IMG/VR virus record: IMGVR_UViG_3300031788_000016
Span: 1-59,440 of that record
Length of the DNA: 59,440 nt
From: a virus
Taxonomy: Duplodnaviria; Caudoviricetes
Strand: one strand, 5' to 3'
A program made the translations under genes and the position numbers. Every line of letters begins with the position of its first letter. Within the stretch, counting starts at the first letter, position 1. Positions 9,860 through 20,439 of this stretch are shown piece by piece. The notes below the pieces were generated by a model. That model was not told the origin of the DNA. It saw only the letters and a program-made list of their open reading frames with translations, and searched no databases.

Positions 9860-9868
9860 GGTGTGGTC

Positions 9869-11953
9869 TCAGCGGCTTTGGGTGAAGAGATCAGCCATGG
9901 CGTCGTTGAAGAAGCCGTAGGCGGTGGCGCGGTCGGTCTTGGGCTCGGCCTCGCCCAGCTTGATCGAGATGCGCAGCGGGAGGACGATCTCTTGCGACAT
10001 GGGATTCGGCGGCGCCTGCGGCGTCACGCCGGGGACGGCCGGCGCCGACGTGACGGGCTGCGGCATCGGAGCCGGAGCCGGAGCCGACATCGGCGGCGCG
10101 GCTTCCCCACCGCCGCCGGCCGCGTGGCCGCCAGCATTGAGCGTGGCCGCGAGTTGCGCGTCGGAGGCCTCGTCTTCCGGCGAGCCTTCCGGCGCGCCCG
10201 AAGCCGCATCGGCCACCGCGTCTTCGGGCGTGCCTTCGACGGATTCCGGCGTGTTCGGCCCAGCGGCCAGCGCGGCCTCGGGGTCGATCTCGGGATGCGC
10301 GCCGGGCTCTTCACCTTCCGCGGCCGGGGGCTCTTCACCCTCGGCGGCCGGGGGCTCTTCGCCTTCCGCAGCCGGGGGCTCTTCGCCTTCCGCAGCCGGA
10401 TTCTCGCCGTGCGGCGCGTCTTCCGTCTCGCCTTCGGCGGCCGGCGGCGCCTCTTCGGCCGCAGTGGGTTCGGTGCCAGTGGCCTCGGCCTCGCCGGCTT
10501 CGGTCGGCATCGCCGCCGCAGCGCCGTCGCCGGGTTCGGGATGGCCGACCGGGACTTCGGGCTGCGAGCCGAGACCGTTGGGCTCTTCGCCGATCTCGGA
10601 CGGCGGATTGCCGCTCTCGGGCGGCATGCCTTCGGGCGCGCCGCCACCTTCCGACGCGGGAGCGCCGTGGCCGGTCATGGGTTCGGCGGTTTCTTCGCCC
10701 ATCGCGGGATCGGGCTCGACGCCTTCCGGCGCCGGCTTCACGCCGGTCTGCTCTTCGTCGCCTTCCGCGCCCGGGGGCGCGCCGGGCGGGATGTCGCCAG
10801 GGGCCGAAGCATCGGGCTCGGCCGCCATGGGCTCGGCGCCCGGCTGTTCGCCACCGGCAGCAGGATCTTCCGCCATCGGCGGCGCTTCCGCGGCGGGCTC
10901 TTCGGCGGCAGGCTCGGCGGCAGGCGGCTCCGCGGGATCGCCGGTGTTGGGGTTGACGCCGGAGATGCCCTGGTATTCGTTGCCGGCCTGTTGGATCTGC
11001 TGCATCGCCTCTTGGATCTGCTGCTCGCGCTGCGCGACGATTTCTTCGCGCTGCTGCAATTCCTGCTGCTTCTGGATGAGTTCGCGCACGATCGAGTCGA
11101 GAGGCATCATCGAAGAGCCCATGGACATATCGTCCATCTGCGTGCCCTGATTCGCCTGCTGCATCATGTCGCCGGAGCCGGTAAAGCTGTCGGTGAGCCC
11201 GGCTTTCTTGGCGGCTTCGGTGGCCCAATTGAGCACGGGCTTGTATTCGGCGTGCTTCGGCGCGCCGTCGCCGGGCGGCAGGCCGCCGCGGATCTGCTCG
11301 GGCATGGTCGGCGCGCGGCCGAGTTGGTCGATGAAGCCGGGCTGACGCATCGCGGTCATGCGATCACCGACGCCGCCGAGCGCCTGACCGAAGCCGGTCA
11401 TTGCGGGATTGCCTGCGAACATCGAACCGGAGTTGCGGCTGGTTTCGGCGCGCATCTTCGAGATCTCGACCATCTTGGAGATGGTGCCGAGATCGAGCAT
11501 GGGCATCGACATCATCTGCGTGAGCAGATCGACGAGCAGGACGGTGTTCGACGCGAGATCGGGCGCCGAATTGAAGATGAGATCGAAGATGGCTTGGGCG
11601 CGGCCGGGGTTCTGCTCGAACAGCTGCGGTGCCATCGCCTGCGCATCGGAGAGCGCCTTGGACTTCTTCTGCTGATTCATGAAGTGCGAGACGATCGAAG
11701 ACACCGGGCCGGCGAGCGCGCCAGCGAGACCGATTCCTGCGCCGGCGATTCCGAGGCCTTCACCCCAGGTCGCGGCGGTTTTCTTCTCCTGCTCGATCGT
11801 GTCCGTGACCGCGTCGAAGATGAGACCGACGTCTTCCGGCTCTTCGATGAGCGCCGCGAACTTCTTGAAGATCTCGGAGTGGAGCGCTGTCGCGCCCTCG
11901 CCGGCAGCGCTGATGAGGTCGGCTTCGATGGCCGCGAGCTTCTGGATGGTCAT
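9869..11953 (-). CDS. Acidic Pro/Glu/Ala-rich internal head/scaffold-like protein
   Basis: 694 aa with a Q-rich coiled coil and a long disordered acidic region. Confidence 0.75.
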   Translation of the reverse strand: MTIQKLAAIEADLISAAGEGATALHSEIFKKFAALIEEPEDVGLIFDAVTDTIEQEKKTAATWGEGLGIAGAGIGLAGALAGPVSSIVSHFMNQQKKSKALSDAQAMAPQLFEQNPGRAQAIFDLIFNSAPDLASNTVLLVDLLTQMMSMPMLDLGTISKMVEISKMRAETSRNSGSMFAGNPAMTGFGQALGGVGDRMTAMRQPGFIDQLGRAPTMPEQIRGGLPPGDGAPKHAEYKPVLNWATEAAKKAGLTDSFTGSGDMMQQANQGTQMDDMSMGSSMMPLDSIVRELIQKQQELQQREEIVAQREQQIQEAMQQIQQAGNEYQGISGVNPNTGDPAEPPAAEPAAEEPAAEAPPMAEDPAAGGEQPGAEPMAAEPDASAPGDIPPGAPPGAEGDEEQTGVKPAPEGVEPDPAMGEETAEPMTGHGAPASEGGGAPEGMPPESGNPPSEIGEEPNGLGSQPEVPVGHPEPGDGAAAAMPTEAGEAEATGTEPTAAEEAPPAAEGETEDAPHGENPAAEGEEPPAAEGEEPPAAEGEEPPAAEGEEPGAHPEIDPEAALAAGPNTPESVEGTPEDAVADAASGAPEGSPEDEASDAQLAATLNAGGHAAGGGGEAAPPMSAPAPAPMPQPVTSAPAVPGVTPQAPPNPMSQEIVLPLRISIKLGEAEPKTDRATAYGFFNDAMADLFTQSR
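10304..10399. repeat. Four tandem 24-bp repeats encoding AAEGEEPP
   Basis: GGGCTCTTC(A/G)CC(T/C)TC...GCCGG x4, in frame. Confidence 0.9.
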
Positions 11954-11960
11954 TGGGTCC

Positions 11961-12992
11961 TCAGCGGATGTCAGAGAGTGGGCGATCGTTTGCGCGGATC
12001 ATCTTCGAAGGCAGAAGGTCCGTCTTGCGGGTCAGCATATTGCCGAGACCGGTGCCGGCCGCGCTCGCTGCACCATTGCTGAAATTCGAGATGGTGTCCG
12101 CGACCATGCCCGAGACTTTCGGCATGTTGACGTCCGGCGTGAACGCGCCAGGGGCGCCGGCCGAGCCGCGCGGCGTCTGCGAGATCGGCTTCGGGCCGCC
12201 CTTGGTGATGCCGGGGCCGCTGCCGGGCAGGCTCGGCCGCACCACCATCGTCTGCACCGAGAGCTTCATCGGATCGGGTGGACGCGGCGCTTTGGGCATC
12301 GCGGCCCCGGCGACGGTGGCTGCATTCGCAGCGGTGCCGACAGCTTCCATGGCCTTCGGGGCAGCCGACATCAGGCGCGGTAGCGCGGCGGCGCCCATGC
12401 GTGCGGCACCGGCGATGAGCGGGGCGAGGAAGCCCAGCTTCTCGCCGCCGGCAGGCTGCATCATCGGCGGGTTGTTCGGGCGGATGGGCGACGGCGGCGG
12501 GCGCGGGGTGAGCAGATCGCGGCCGAAGCTGAGCGCCATCGCGCCGTTGGCGACGTGGCCGAGCGACGGCAGCATCGCCTTGCCGGCGTTCATCACGCCG
12601 GTGGGGAGCAGACCACCGACCTTCGGCATCGGCGCCACGCCCTGCACCGAAGGATTTTCATTCGCCGGTTCGGAGGACATGACCGCGGCCTGCGTGCGCG
12701 GCGACTCGATGTCCGGCGCCAGCGACTTCATCAGCTGCGCACGGTGCGCGGACGAGATGATGTCGAGCATCTTCTTGTGCACGTTCAGCTGGTGTTCGAG
12801 GCTCTGCTGTTTCTTCGAATCGAAGTAGCTCTTCACGCTGAGACCGACCGGGATCGCGGTCAGGCCGAGCATGCCGACGCCCTGCGTCACCGGGCTTGCG
12901 ACGAACTTCCCGAGCGAGGACGACGGGGGCTGCAGAGAGCCCTTGGTGTCGTACTTCGCCGAGAAGTCGCCCCAAAATCCGAGCTTCATCAT
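11961..12992 (-). CDS. Pro/Gly/Met-rich virion protein
   Basis: 343 aa; KLGF motif twice; hydrophobic segments. Confidence 0.7.
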   Translation of the reverse strand: MMKLGFWGDFSAKYDTKGSLQPPSSSLGKFVASPVTQGVGMLGLTAIPVGLSVKSYFDSKKQQSLEHQLNVHKKMLDIISSAHRAQLMKSLAPDIESPRTQAAVMSSEPANENPSVQGVAPMPKVGGLLPTGVMNAGKAMLPSLGHVANGAMALSFGRDLLTPRPPPSPIRPNNPPMMQPAGGEKLGFLAPLIAGAARMGAAALPRLMSAAPKAMEAVGTAANAATVAGAAMPKAPRPPDPMKLSVQTMVVRPSLPGSGPGITKGGPKPISQTPRGSAGAPGAFTPDVNMPKVSGMVADTISNFSNGAASAAGTGLGNMLTRKTDLLPSKMIRANDRPLSDIR

Positions 12993-12995
12993 GGC

Positions 12996-14219
12996 TCAGG
13001 CCTTCACGCTCGCGAGGCGGGCCGCGCGCACACCGGAGAGAGCGCTGATGGCCTCTTCGATCTGCTTCAGCTTGAGCCCCAGGTATTCCTGCGCGCCGTG
13101 CAGCTGCACCATGCGGCTGCGGTCGCCGATGAGGTTCTCGACCGAGATGATGAACGGATGATTCGAGTTGAAGACGCGCACGTGGTTCTTCGCCTGATCG
13201 ACGCGGAACTGCGGGATCTTGTAGTCCTTGACGGACGGACGATTCATCAGGATCTTGACCGGGTCATTCGTCTGATCCGACCAGAAGTCGATGGGCTGAT
13301 CCGCGGTGTGCGCTTCGGAATAGGTCATGGCCGCGTCCTTCTCGACGCTCGCGCCCTTGGCTTCCTGCATGGTGAACGTGTTCTGCACGCTCATGTCGCC
13401 GTAGCCGCTGACCATCATGCAGTGCTTGAGCAAGTCCTCGGTGGACATCGCTTCCAGCTTCTCGGGGTTGCCGTAGTCGCGGAAGCCCATGCGGTAGGCC
13501 GGCATGCCGCGCTCTTTCAACCCCTCGATCACCATGCCCATCAGGTTGTTGACGTTGCGGAGGTGATTGGCCTGATCGATGTCGGAGCCGGCGCCGGCCG
13601 CATAGCAGGCGGCGTAGAGATCGGGCAGCGTCACAGCGTGCTCGATCATGTCCATCGCGGCCTGGATCAGATCCTTGCGGTGGGACTCCGCGGAATCGGA
13701 GAGCCGGGCGACTTCGAAGTTCGCGGTCTTCTCCAGCAACTCCAGCTTGATGCGCGACTCGTCGAGAGCGAAGAGCGCTTCGCGGTCTTGCTTCTCTTGG
13801 ATGTCGAACGCCAGCTTCTCGGCCTGATCGTCGGTGATGCGGTAGCCGGTCAGGCTGGTTTCGGTCTGGCGATGCGGGGCCGCGAACGGATCGCCGCCGG
13901 CATCGTTGATGGCCGCAGCCAGCTTCTCGGTGTCGGTGGCCTCGGGGAGGGCCTGCCACTCGGCGCTCTTCTTGCGCGCGTGCGTGCGCGTCTTCGAGGG
14001 ATCGGCGACCTCGAACTTGAAGCGCTTGTTGGAGGAGGTCTTGTGCAGTTCCAGCTGCACATTGCGGTTGGCCATCTCGGCGACGCGATTGATCTCGTCG
14101 GCCGTGAGGTCTTCACGCTCCGCGACTTTGTCCAGCACCGCCTGCATGCTTTCGCCTGCGACGCCGGCCTTCTTCAGTTCGTCAGCGAAATTGGACAGGC
14201 GCAGTGCTTGGGCTGTCAT
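12996..14219 (-). CDS. Putative head protein
   Basis: 407 aa; EINRVAEMAN motif; many K-x-A. Confidence 0.7.
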   Translation of the reverse strand: MTAQALRLSNFADELKKAGVAGESMQAVLDKVAEREDLTADEINRVAEMANRNVQLELHKTSSNKRFKFEVADPSKTRTHARKKSAEWQALPEATDTEKLAAAINDAGGDPFAAPHRQTETSLTGYRITDDQAEKLAFDIQEKQDREALFALDESRIKLELLEKTANFEVARLSDSAESHRKDLIQAAMDMIEHAVTLPDLYAACYAAGAGSDIDQANHLRNVNNLMGMVIEGLKERGMPAYRMGFRDYGNPEKLEAMSTEDLLKHCMMVSGYGDMSVQNTFTMQEAKGASVEKDAAMTYSEAHTADQPIDFWSDQTNDPVKILMNRPSVKDYKIPQFRVDQAKNHVRVFNSNHPFIISVENLIGDRSRMVQLHGAQEYLGLKLKQIEEAISALSGVRAARLASVKA

Positions 14220-14281
14220 GGGAAAAACCTCGTGTCAGGGCTCGTTGTACTGTACTGGTGATAGGATGGCAGGCAACGCCG

Positions 14282-15970
14282 TCACTGATAGAACGAATTG
14301 GGCACGCCCCAGCCGTCGTCGGCCATTTGTTCCAGAGATTGCTGCCCGGCGCTGACGGACTGGCTTCCGGCGTGCGCGCCGAAGTTGCCCTGGATCAGCA
14401 GTTCGCCGGCCAGCATGGCATAGGTCAGTGCGTGGGTCGCATCGTCCGGTTTGATGTGGACGTACTGCATCGTGTTCGTCTTCTCGTTGAACTCGATTGA
14501 GACCGCGAGGAGGTGGTCGAACAGGGTGGCATTGTCTTCGGCGCGCGGCAGCCGGCAGTTCGCCTTGCGCAGCATTTCGAAGGTGTCGGTCAGCACCGGC
14601 GTGCGGGCCAGATGCCACTTGCGGGTCTTCGGTTCCCACTTTGCGCGCTGGGTTTTGCCGCCGCGGCCGATCATTCCGGTGTGCCACATCTGGGCCACAC
14701 GCTGCTCGCCGAGTTCGTTGATCAGCTGCAGGTTCTGCACCTGACCAGCGCCGTAGTCAGCGCCGATCAGATAGATGTCGTGCTGTTGGGCGATGCGCAG
14801 GATCTCTTTGATCTGGTACAGCGAATCGGTTTCAGCGCCCTTGAAGCAGTGGTGGTAGTAGACATCGAATTGATGCGGGAAGGAGTTCCAGGCACCGATG
14901 ACGACGTAGGTGTAGGAGTCGATTCCATGGAAGGCCCAGTCGACGCCCATGACCAGCGGAGGAATGCCTCTCGCACCCTTGGCCGGGATCTCGTTCTTGC
15001 GGTCAGCGACGCAGCAGTGCATCAGCTGATTGAGCGTGACCGGCGGAATGCCGGAGTCGAAAGGTAAACCGAAGACTTCGTTGTAGAGCAGCGCCGTGCT
15101 CATCTCGCGCACGTCTTTGAGCAGATCGCGCCACTTGAACGGATCGTCCATGATCGGCTTGCAGATCAGCTGCGAGACGCGATACGACTCCATGGTGACG
15201 GAGGCGTCTTTGCCCTTCTCGAAATCCAGTTCGCGGCGCTTGACCCACTGTCCGAGATTGGTGTTGATCGAGCGACCGCAGAACTCGCAGATGACGCCGT
15301 GGTTGCCGATGTTCTTCTCGGCCCAGGTCATGTTCCACTTGCCGCAGCCCATCTGCTGACACTTCACCGCCCACTCGGCCGCGGTGCTGCGACCGCGCAT
15401 GCCTTCCATGTGGTTGCCGAGAGACTTCGGCGTCCCGCAATACCAGAAGCTGGGTTCCAAGACGCGGAACGCCATGCGCTTCACGACTTGGATGACGTCC
15501 GACATGATGTCCTGGACTTCATCGAACTTCAGTCGGCCAGCCGACCGGCCGCGCAGGCGATCGGCCGTGCGCTGTGCGAAACCACACGAGATCATCGCGC
15601 CATTGCTGAGGATTTTCTGATGCACCTGATTGGTGATGTTGCCGGAGAAGAATCCATCGTGGACGAGAGGGCTGTCTTCGAGGAAATCTTTCAAACGCTG
15701 AGTCGAGAAGACTTTCGCCTGATCTTCTAGGGGCGACACGTACAGCTGCGCGCTCTTCGGATTCAGGACAGCGTGCGCAACCATCAGCGAGGCCAGCGTG
15801 GTCGACTTCGAGACCTGACGTGCGGTGAACAGCCCGACCTCGCGGGAGTTCGTATTGTAGATGGACTTCAGATACGGGTAGTCACTGAGATCGAAAGGCT
15901 TGTTGTTGAGCGAGAGGATCTCTTGACAGAAATCGTACGGCTCCAGCTTGAGCTTCGGTTCTTCGATCAC
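14282..15970 (-). CDS. terL: Terminase large subunit (lambda gpA-like)
   Basis: Walker A ARQVSKST, Walker B FDEVQD, coupling motif GTP, Zn finger, RNase H-like nuclease motifs GVDW, GADYG and PDDATHA. Confidence 0.92.
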   Translation of the reverse strand: MIEEPKLKLEPYDFCQEILSLNNKPFDLSDYPYLKSIYNTNSREVGLFTARQVSKSTTLASLMVAHAVLNPKSAQLYVSPLEDQAKVFSTQRLKDFLEDSPLVHDGFFSGNITNQVHQKILSNGAMISCGFAQRTADRLRGRSAGRLKFDEVQDIMSDVIQVVKRMAFRVLEPSFWYCGTPKSLGNHMEGMRGRSTAAEWAVKCQQMGCGKWNMTWAEKNIGNHGVICEFCGRSINTNLGQWVKRRELDFEKGKDASVTMESYRVSQLICKPIMDDPFKWRDLLKDVREMSTALLYNEVFGLPFDSGIPPVTLNQLMHCCVADRKNEIPAKGARGIPPLVMGVDWAFHGIDSYTYVVIGAWNSFPHQFDVYYHHCFKGAETDSLYQIKEILRIAQQHDIYLIGADYGAGQVQNLQLINELGEQRVAQMWHTGMIGRGGKTQRAKWEPKTRKWHLARTPVLTDTFEMLRKANCRLPRAEDNATLFDHLLAVSIEFNEKTNTMQYVHIKPDDATHALTYAMLAGELLIQGNFGAHAGSQSVSAGQQSLEQMADDGWGVPNSFYQ

Positions 15971-16908
15971 TTCTTCACCGCCGGCAGTGCCGCTTCAATC
16001 GGCGCCGGCGTGGGAGGCTTCTCCTGATCTGCTGAGAGACCAGGAACCTCCGACATCAGCGGGATTTCCTGCTCCGTGTATTTGAGCACGATCTTGGCGA
16101 TGGCCTTCGCTGCGGCAGTGGCTCCGCCGTCGCCCTCGTTCAGCTTGGCGACGCGGATCTTCACGCGGCGGTCCATCGCTTTGAAGATGGTGTCGCGTTC
16201 CAGCTTGATGCGGGCAATGTCGGCAGCGGTCGTGGTCTGCCCTTCGACGGACATCTCGACGTTGACGAAATAGCTGTCGCTCATCAGACGATCGATGACT
16301 TCTTCATCGTTCAGATGCACCGGCACGCCCAGCTTGTAGCGGGCGTAGTCCTTCGGGGCCTGCATCATCTTCATCTTGAAGAGCGACTCGGTGGTGCCGA
16401 TGCACTCCTGGTAGTCAAGCCAGGAGTCGCCTTCGATGAATTCGTTGTCGATGAAGAGGGCAGCGAATTCGGAGATGTCGTCTTCCGTCACCTGGATTTG
16501 GTACATGCGCCGCAGATCCGCGGTGACCTGTTCCACCGAGATGCCGCACAGCAGCAACGTCTCGATGCAGATGCGCATCTGCTCGTTCTTGCGCCACTTC
16601 TTGATGTGGTGCGCCAGATTGATTTCGAGACCGTCCGGACCGATGGTGATGTACTTCGAGATCTCCAGCTGCGCGGCAGCCATGAAAGCCACTTCGTAGC
16701 TGCCAACCGCGTTGAAATCGGTGGTGAGCAGCAGTGATTCGACTTCAGGCGTCAGCCACGAAAGAACCTCGGTGGTCCAGAAGCCGAGGACGTCTTTCGG
16801 AAACTTGACATGGCAAATGTCCTCCAGCTTCTCGCGCTCGCCTTCAGGATCCAGAGAGCAGTGCGCGAGAATCGCGATGATACGGAGGATCTTGCGATGC
16901 GGGACCAT
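15967..16908 (-). CDS. Hypothetical protein, candidate terminase small subunit
   Basis: ATGA overlap with terL; the functional guess is positional only. Confidence 0.45.
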   Translation of the reverse strand: MVPHRKILRIIAILAHCSLDPEGEREKLEDICHVKFPKDVLGFWTTEVLSWLTPEVESLLLTTDFNAVGSYEVAFMAAAQLEISKYITIGPDGLEINLAHHIKKWRKNEQMRICIETLLLCGISVEQVTADLRRMYQIQVTEDDISEFAALFIDNEFIEGDSWLDYQECIGTTESLFKMKMMQAPKDYARYKLGVPVHLNDEEVIDRLMSDSYFVNVEMSVEGQTTTAADIARIKLERDTIFKAMDRRVKIRVAKLNEGDGGATAAAKAIAKIVLKYTEQEIPLMSEVPGLSADQEKPPTPAPIEAALPAVKK

Positions 16909-16915
16909 CTATGGC

Positions 16916-18748
16916 TCAGAATCCCGCGGCCCCGGTATTCGACTGCGCGGGCTGGCCTTCGAGGCCGGTGCTGCGCAGGCGCTCCGCGACGCGGCTGAGG
17001 GCCTTCATCGCGACCACGGTTGCCGATTCATCGCCGGGGAAGCCCAGGCGGATGGCCAGGAGCAGGCGGCAGAGACGGCCGACCACCGTTTCGAACTGGT
17101 CGGCGAGCCCGACGAATTCAGCGACGTTGTCTTCGGTCAGGAAGCCGGCGCCCAGCACCGCATCCACGCCCGAGGGATCGCCGATGGCGGCGGCCAGCTT
17201 CACGGCCTTGTCGAGAGGGAGGACGATGTCGCGCATGACGTCGACGAAGAAGGTCGGTAGATCCTTCAGACGGCTGGCCTGCTTGGTGATCTGCTCGATG
17301 GTATCTTCCATGCCGGCGCGGAAGCGCACGGAGCCGTCGACTTCAGCCTTCTTCATGATCTCTTCGGGATTCGAGATGTAGCTGCCGAGCACTTCGGCCA
17401 TCTTCTCGCGATCGACGAAGGACGAGAACGGCTCACCGGAGACGATCAGGCTCCACTGCCCAGCCGAATTCACCAGCTGATCCGGCACGAGGCGCGCCAT
17501 CTGCGAGGCGACCTTGTCGGGCGTCATGGGCAGGAGGTCCTGGTGCGTGCCGAGAGCGATGACCTGGGTCGTCATCGGGAGAAGCCAGACGTCGCGGGCG
17601 TCGTCGTGGATCGCGGTCTTGAGCCGACCGTCGAGCGCGATGCGATGCTCGGCGCCGAAGTCATCGGTCATGGTCAGTTCGACGTAGTTCTGGTCTTCAT
17701 GCACCGCGACGCGGGCGAGCTTGCAGGGCGCGGTGAAGATGCCATCGGTGCAGAACATCAGCGTCTGCCCGTTGCGCAGTGCCGGCGTCGCGGTCGCGAC
17801 CTTCATCGCGGCGACGGCGGCATCCTCTTCCTTCTCGGCCATCTTGAAGCCGGTGGCCTCGATCGGCGCGCGGGCATAGGAGCCGTCGTCGAAGATGAGC
17901 CAGCGGCCCTTCTCCTTGCGGAAGAGATCGACGGCTTCCACCGAGACAGCGGTCTTGGTGGTGTTGCCATCGACGAAGATCTCGGCGGCGAGGATGCTGT
18001 CGGTCTTGAAGGCCTCGATGTTGGCCGGCAGTTCGAGGAACATGCCCTTCGGCAGTTCGATGCTGGCGTGCAGGATCTGCGCCGCGGCGGTCTTCTTCGG
18101 CTCGGGCGAGGCCAACCATTCATCGACCACGCCACCGGTCTGGTTGTGGGCGAAGCCCATGAGCACGTCGCGGTTCTGCAGGAGGGAAGCGAGCTTCTCC
18201 TTCTGCTTCTCGGTGGTGCCGAGAACGCTGGCCAGCACGGTGCGCCCGCGGTAGGGGAGACGCAGCGAGCTTCCGTCTTCGGAGTAGCCCGACTGGATCT
18301 GCTGCGAAGACGGCACCGGGTCGCCGATCGACGAGACGTCGAGCGCGTGCCGGAAGGTGTCTTCGTTGAGCGGCATCACCTCGTTGTTGTCCATCGACGT
18401 GGACTGCGACTTGGAGTCGGCGCTCGGGTCCTTGTTCTGCACGATCAGGATGTCGAGCGGCGAGAGTTCCCAGTTCCGGATGACGATCGGGATCGAGAGG
18501 TGGCTGGCACCGACGATCGAGATGTAGCCGGTCGCCATGCCCGAGGCGTCGTCCTTGCGCGTGAAATTGATCAGCGCGCGGTCGGACGGGATATAGGGGT
18601 GCTCGCGGATGAGCAGCTGCATGATCTCGTCGTCCCAGTAGGCCGGCGGCGAAGTCAGACGGACTCCGGCGGTCTTGAGGCCCGGGATGACCGAGGCGAA
18701 TTCAGCCGGGTCGAGACGCGGGGCCGCTGGTTCCAGGGTGGACGGCAT
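16916..18748 (-). CDS. Putative head/internal virion protein
   Basis: 610 aa; IPIVIRNWELSPLD; more than 10 K-x-A/G motifs. Confidence 0.7.
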   Translation of the reverse strand: MPSTLEPAAPRLDPAEFASVIPGLKTAGVRLTSPPAYWDDEIMQLLIREHPYIPSDRALINFTRKDDASGMATGYISIVGASHLSIPIVIRNWELSPLDILIVQNKDPSADSKSQSTSMDNNEVMPLNEDTFRHALDVSSIGDPVPSSQQIQSGYSEDGSSLRLPYRGRTVLASVLGTTEKQKEKLASLLQNRDVLMGFAHNQTGGVVDEWLASPEPKKTAAAQILHASIELPKGMFLELPANIEAFKTDSILAAEIFVDGNTTKTAVSVEAVDLFRKEKGRWLIFDDGSYARAPIEATGFKMAEKEEDAAVAAMKVATATPALRNGQTLMFCTDGIFTAPCKLARVAVHEDQNYVELTMTDDFGAEHRIALDGRLKTAIHDDARDVWLLPMTTQVIALGTHQDLLPMTPDKVASQMARLVPDQLVNSAGQWSLIVSGEPFSSFVDREKMAEVLGSYISNPEEIMKKAEVDGSVRFRAGMEDTIEQITKQASRLKDLPTFFVDVMRDIVLPLDKAVKLAAAIGDPSGVDAVLGAGFLTEDNVAEFVGLADQFETVVGRLCRLLLAIRLGFPGDESATVVAMKALSRVAERLRSTGLEGQPAQSNTGAAGF

Positions 18749-18789
18749 GTGTTTTTGTCCTGTGACGGAGGTACTTGAATGCTACTTCT

Positions 18790-20439
18790 TCATGTCTTGA
18801 CGGCAATCGCTGAACTGGTGAGCGCCGTATCCGCCGCTGGCACCTGAGTACCGGCCGGTTCGACGGCGAACGTGACGCACGGGATCGGCGCGGACGGTGC
18901 AGTGCAGCCGAAGACGTGCTGATGCTTCTGAACGGAAATACCCATCGTGGTGATGAGATCGGAGCCCTTGACCGTGCCGGGCGTGTCGAGGCCGTTCTTG
19001 TCCCAGGTGCCGGCGTCGTCGCCGTGGATGCTCAGCGTCTTCGCGGATGTCGAGAGCGCCTTCGCAGCGGTCGTCGTCATGCTGCCCTGGATCGCCTGCT
19101 GCATGTCGCCTGCGACCGACATCTTCGAGGTGCCTTTGGCATCCGTTCCGGTCAATCCCCAAGTTGCGGCCGCAACCAGGAAAGCCGCCGGCGTTTCGAA
19201 CAAATAGCCGCCTTTCGCGAAGAACTTGGCCAGCCCGGTGGCCTTGTCCACGTTCAGGCTGAACACCGGCGCCGCCGCCGGCCCGATGCGGATGGTGAAG
19301 ATGCCGGTGGGGACGTCGAAGCCGAATTTGAAGTCCATCGCATCGGCGGCGAGCGGGACGTTGCCCAGGCCTTTCGTCGAGTTGCCGGATTGCAGCGTGA
19401 CCGATCCATCGGCGTAGACCTTGAAGTCGTAGACCGGCATGCCGCGTGTGGCGTAGTCGTTGTCGTTCGGGATCGGCGGATTCGGCGACGGGCCGGTGGG
19501 TTGCACCAGCGTGTCGCGCTTGAGGAGGAAGCGATTCGATGCGAACTGTGAGAGGATATCGGTGGGAAGAATGGTTGGCGTCTCGCCGGCAGTGCGCCCG
19601 CGCAGCAAGCAGTCAGACGAGACGAAGCCGCGCTGCTTCACGAAATACGGTGCGCCGTTCTCGACGAACGGAGACGACTCGATGACCTCAGTCCGCCGCG
19701 TGTAGCCATCGGCGTTGGTGGTGGCGGAGGCACCCAACCACGTCTTGTGGTAGCCGAGATAGCCGGGCGCGCGCGTTTCCGAATTGACGTAGCGCTCGAA
19801 TCGCTGCTGCCCATCGGTGCGCCAGAAGAAGCCGTTGTAGGCATCGCTGCCGACGTAGAGGCCTTCTTTCGATGCACGGATTCGGGCGCCATTACGGCCC
19901 TGGATCCAGTCACCCTCGTCCAGGTCGAACCAGCCGGGCAGCGCCCGGTTGTCAAGCGCGGCGTTCCCCACCTCTTCAATGCCGGGGTTGTAGGAGAATT
20001 CGGCGTTGGTGTCGATCGAGCCGTCTTGGGCAACGATGGGGCCGGTGTAGAAGCCGAGGATCACCCAGCCGCGCGTATCCTCGCCGACGCAGACGACCGA
20101 GCCCTGGCTGGGGATGCCCATGTTTCCGGTCGGGGTCGATTGGGAGTCGAGCGCGCCGAACAGCGGCTGCAGGCAGCGCACCCGCGGGATGACCGCCACC
20201 GGCTCGCCGCCAGTGCTGGATAGCGGTGCGATGTCCGTGCCCTTGGGCCAGTTATCGAGCGGCTCCACATCGAAGAGCATTGAGACGCGGGCGCGCTGAT
20301 TCGCATCGCGCCAGACGTGGGCGATCTTGCCGACCCACATGCCAGAGCGCGACGGCATTCCTTCTCTCAGGATGCGGTCGAGCGAGTTGTGCGTGGACCG
20401 CAGCGCGGAGAACGGGGACTTCTTGAGCGGGTCGTCCAT
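18790..20439 (-). CDS. Baseplate central spike (gpV/gp5/gp138-like)
   Basis: N-terminal OB-fold-like PSQGSVVCVG...WVILG, beta-strand repeats, C-terminal GISVQKHQH metal-binding HxH motif. Confidence 0.75.
   Translation of the reverse strand: MDDPLKKSPFSALRSTHNSLDRILREGMPSRSGMWVGKIAHVWRDANQRARVSMLFDVEPLDNWPKGTDIAPLSSTGGEPVAVIPRVRCLQPLFGALDSQSTPTGNMGIPSQGSVVCVGEDTRGWVILGFYTGPIVAQDGSIDTNAEFSYNPGIEEVGNAALDNRALPGWFDLDEGDWIQGRNGARIRASKEGLYVGSDAYNGFFWRTDGQQRFERYVNSETRAPGYLGYHKTWLGASATTNADGYTRRTEVIESSPFVENGAPYFVKQRGFVSSDCLLRGRTAGETPTILPTDILSQFASNRFLLKRDTLVQPTGPSPNPPIPNDNDYATRGMPVYDFKVYADGSVTLQSGNSTKGLGNVPLAADAMDFKFGFDVPTGIFTIRIGPAAAPVFSLNVDKATGLAKFFAKGGYLFETPAAFLVAAATWGLTGTDAKGTSKMSVAGDMQQAIQGSMTTTAAKALSTSAKTLSIHGDDAGTWDKNGLDTPGTVKGSDLITTMGISVQKHQHVFGCTAPSAPIPCVTFAVEPAGTQVPAADTALTSSAIAVKT

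Noticed and set aside
8903-12082. Long antisense/alternate-frame ORFs (e.g. 8903-12082, 1136-2650, 12555-14261, 34078-36633, 38113-40146, 51016-53166, 55866-57668)
   Set aside because: Shadow frames of GC3-biased real genes: Arg/Gly-rich, no motifs, no SD.
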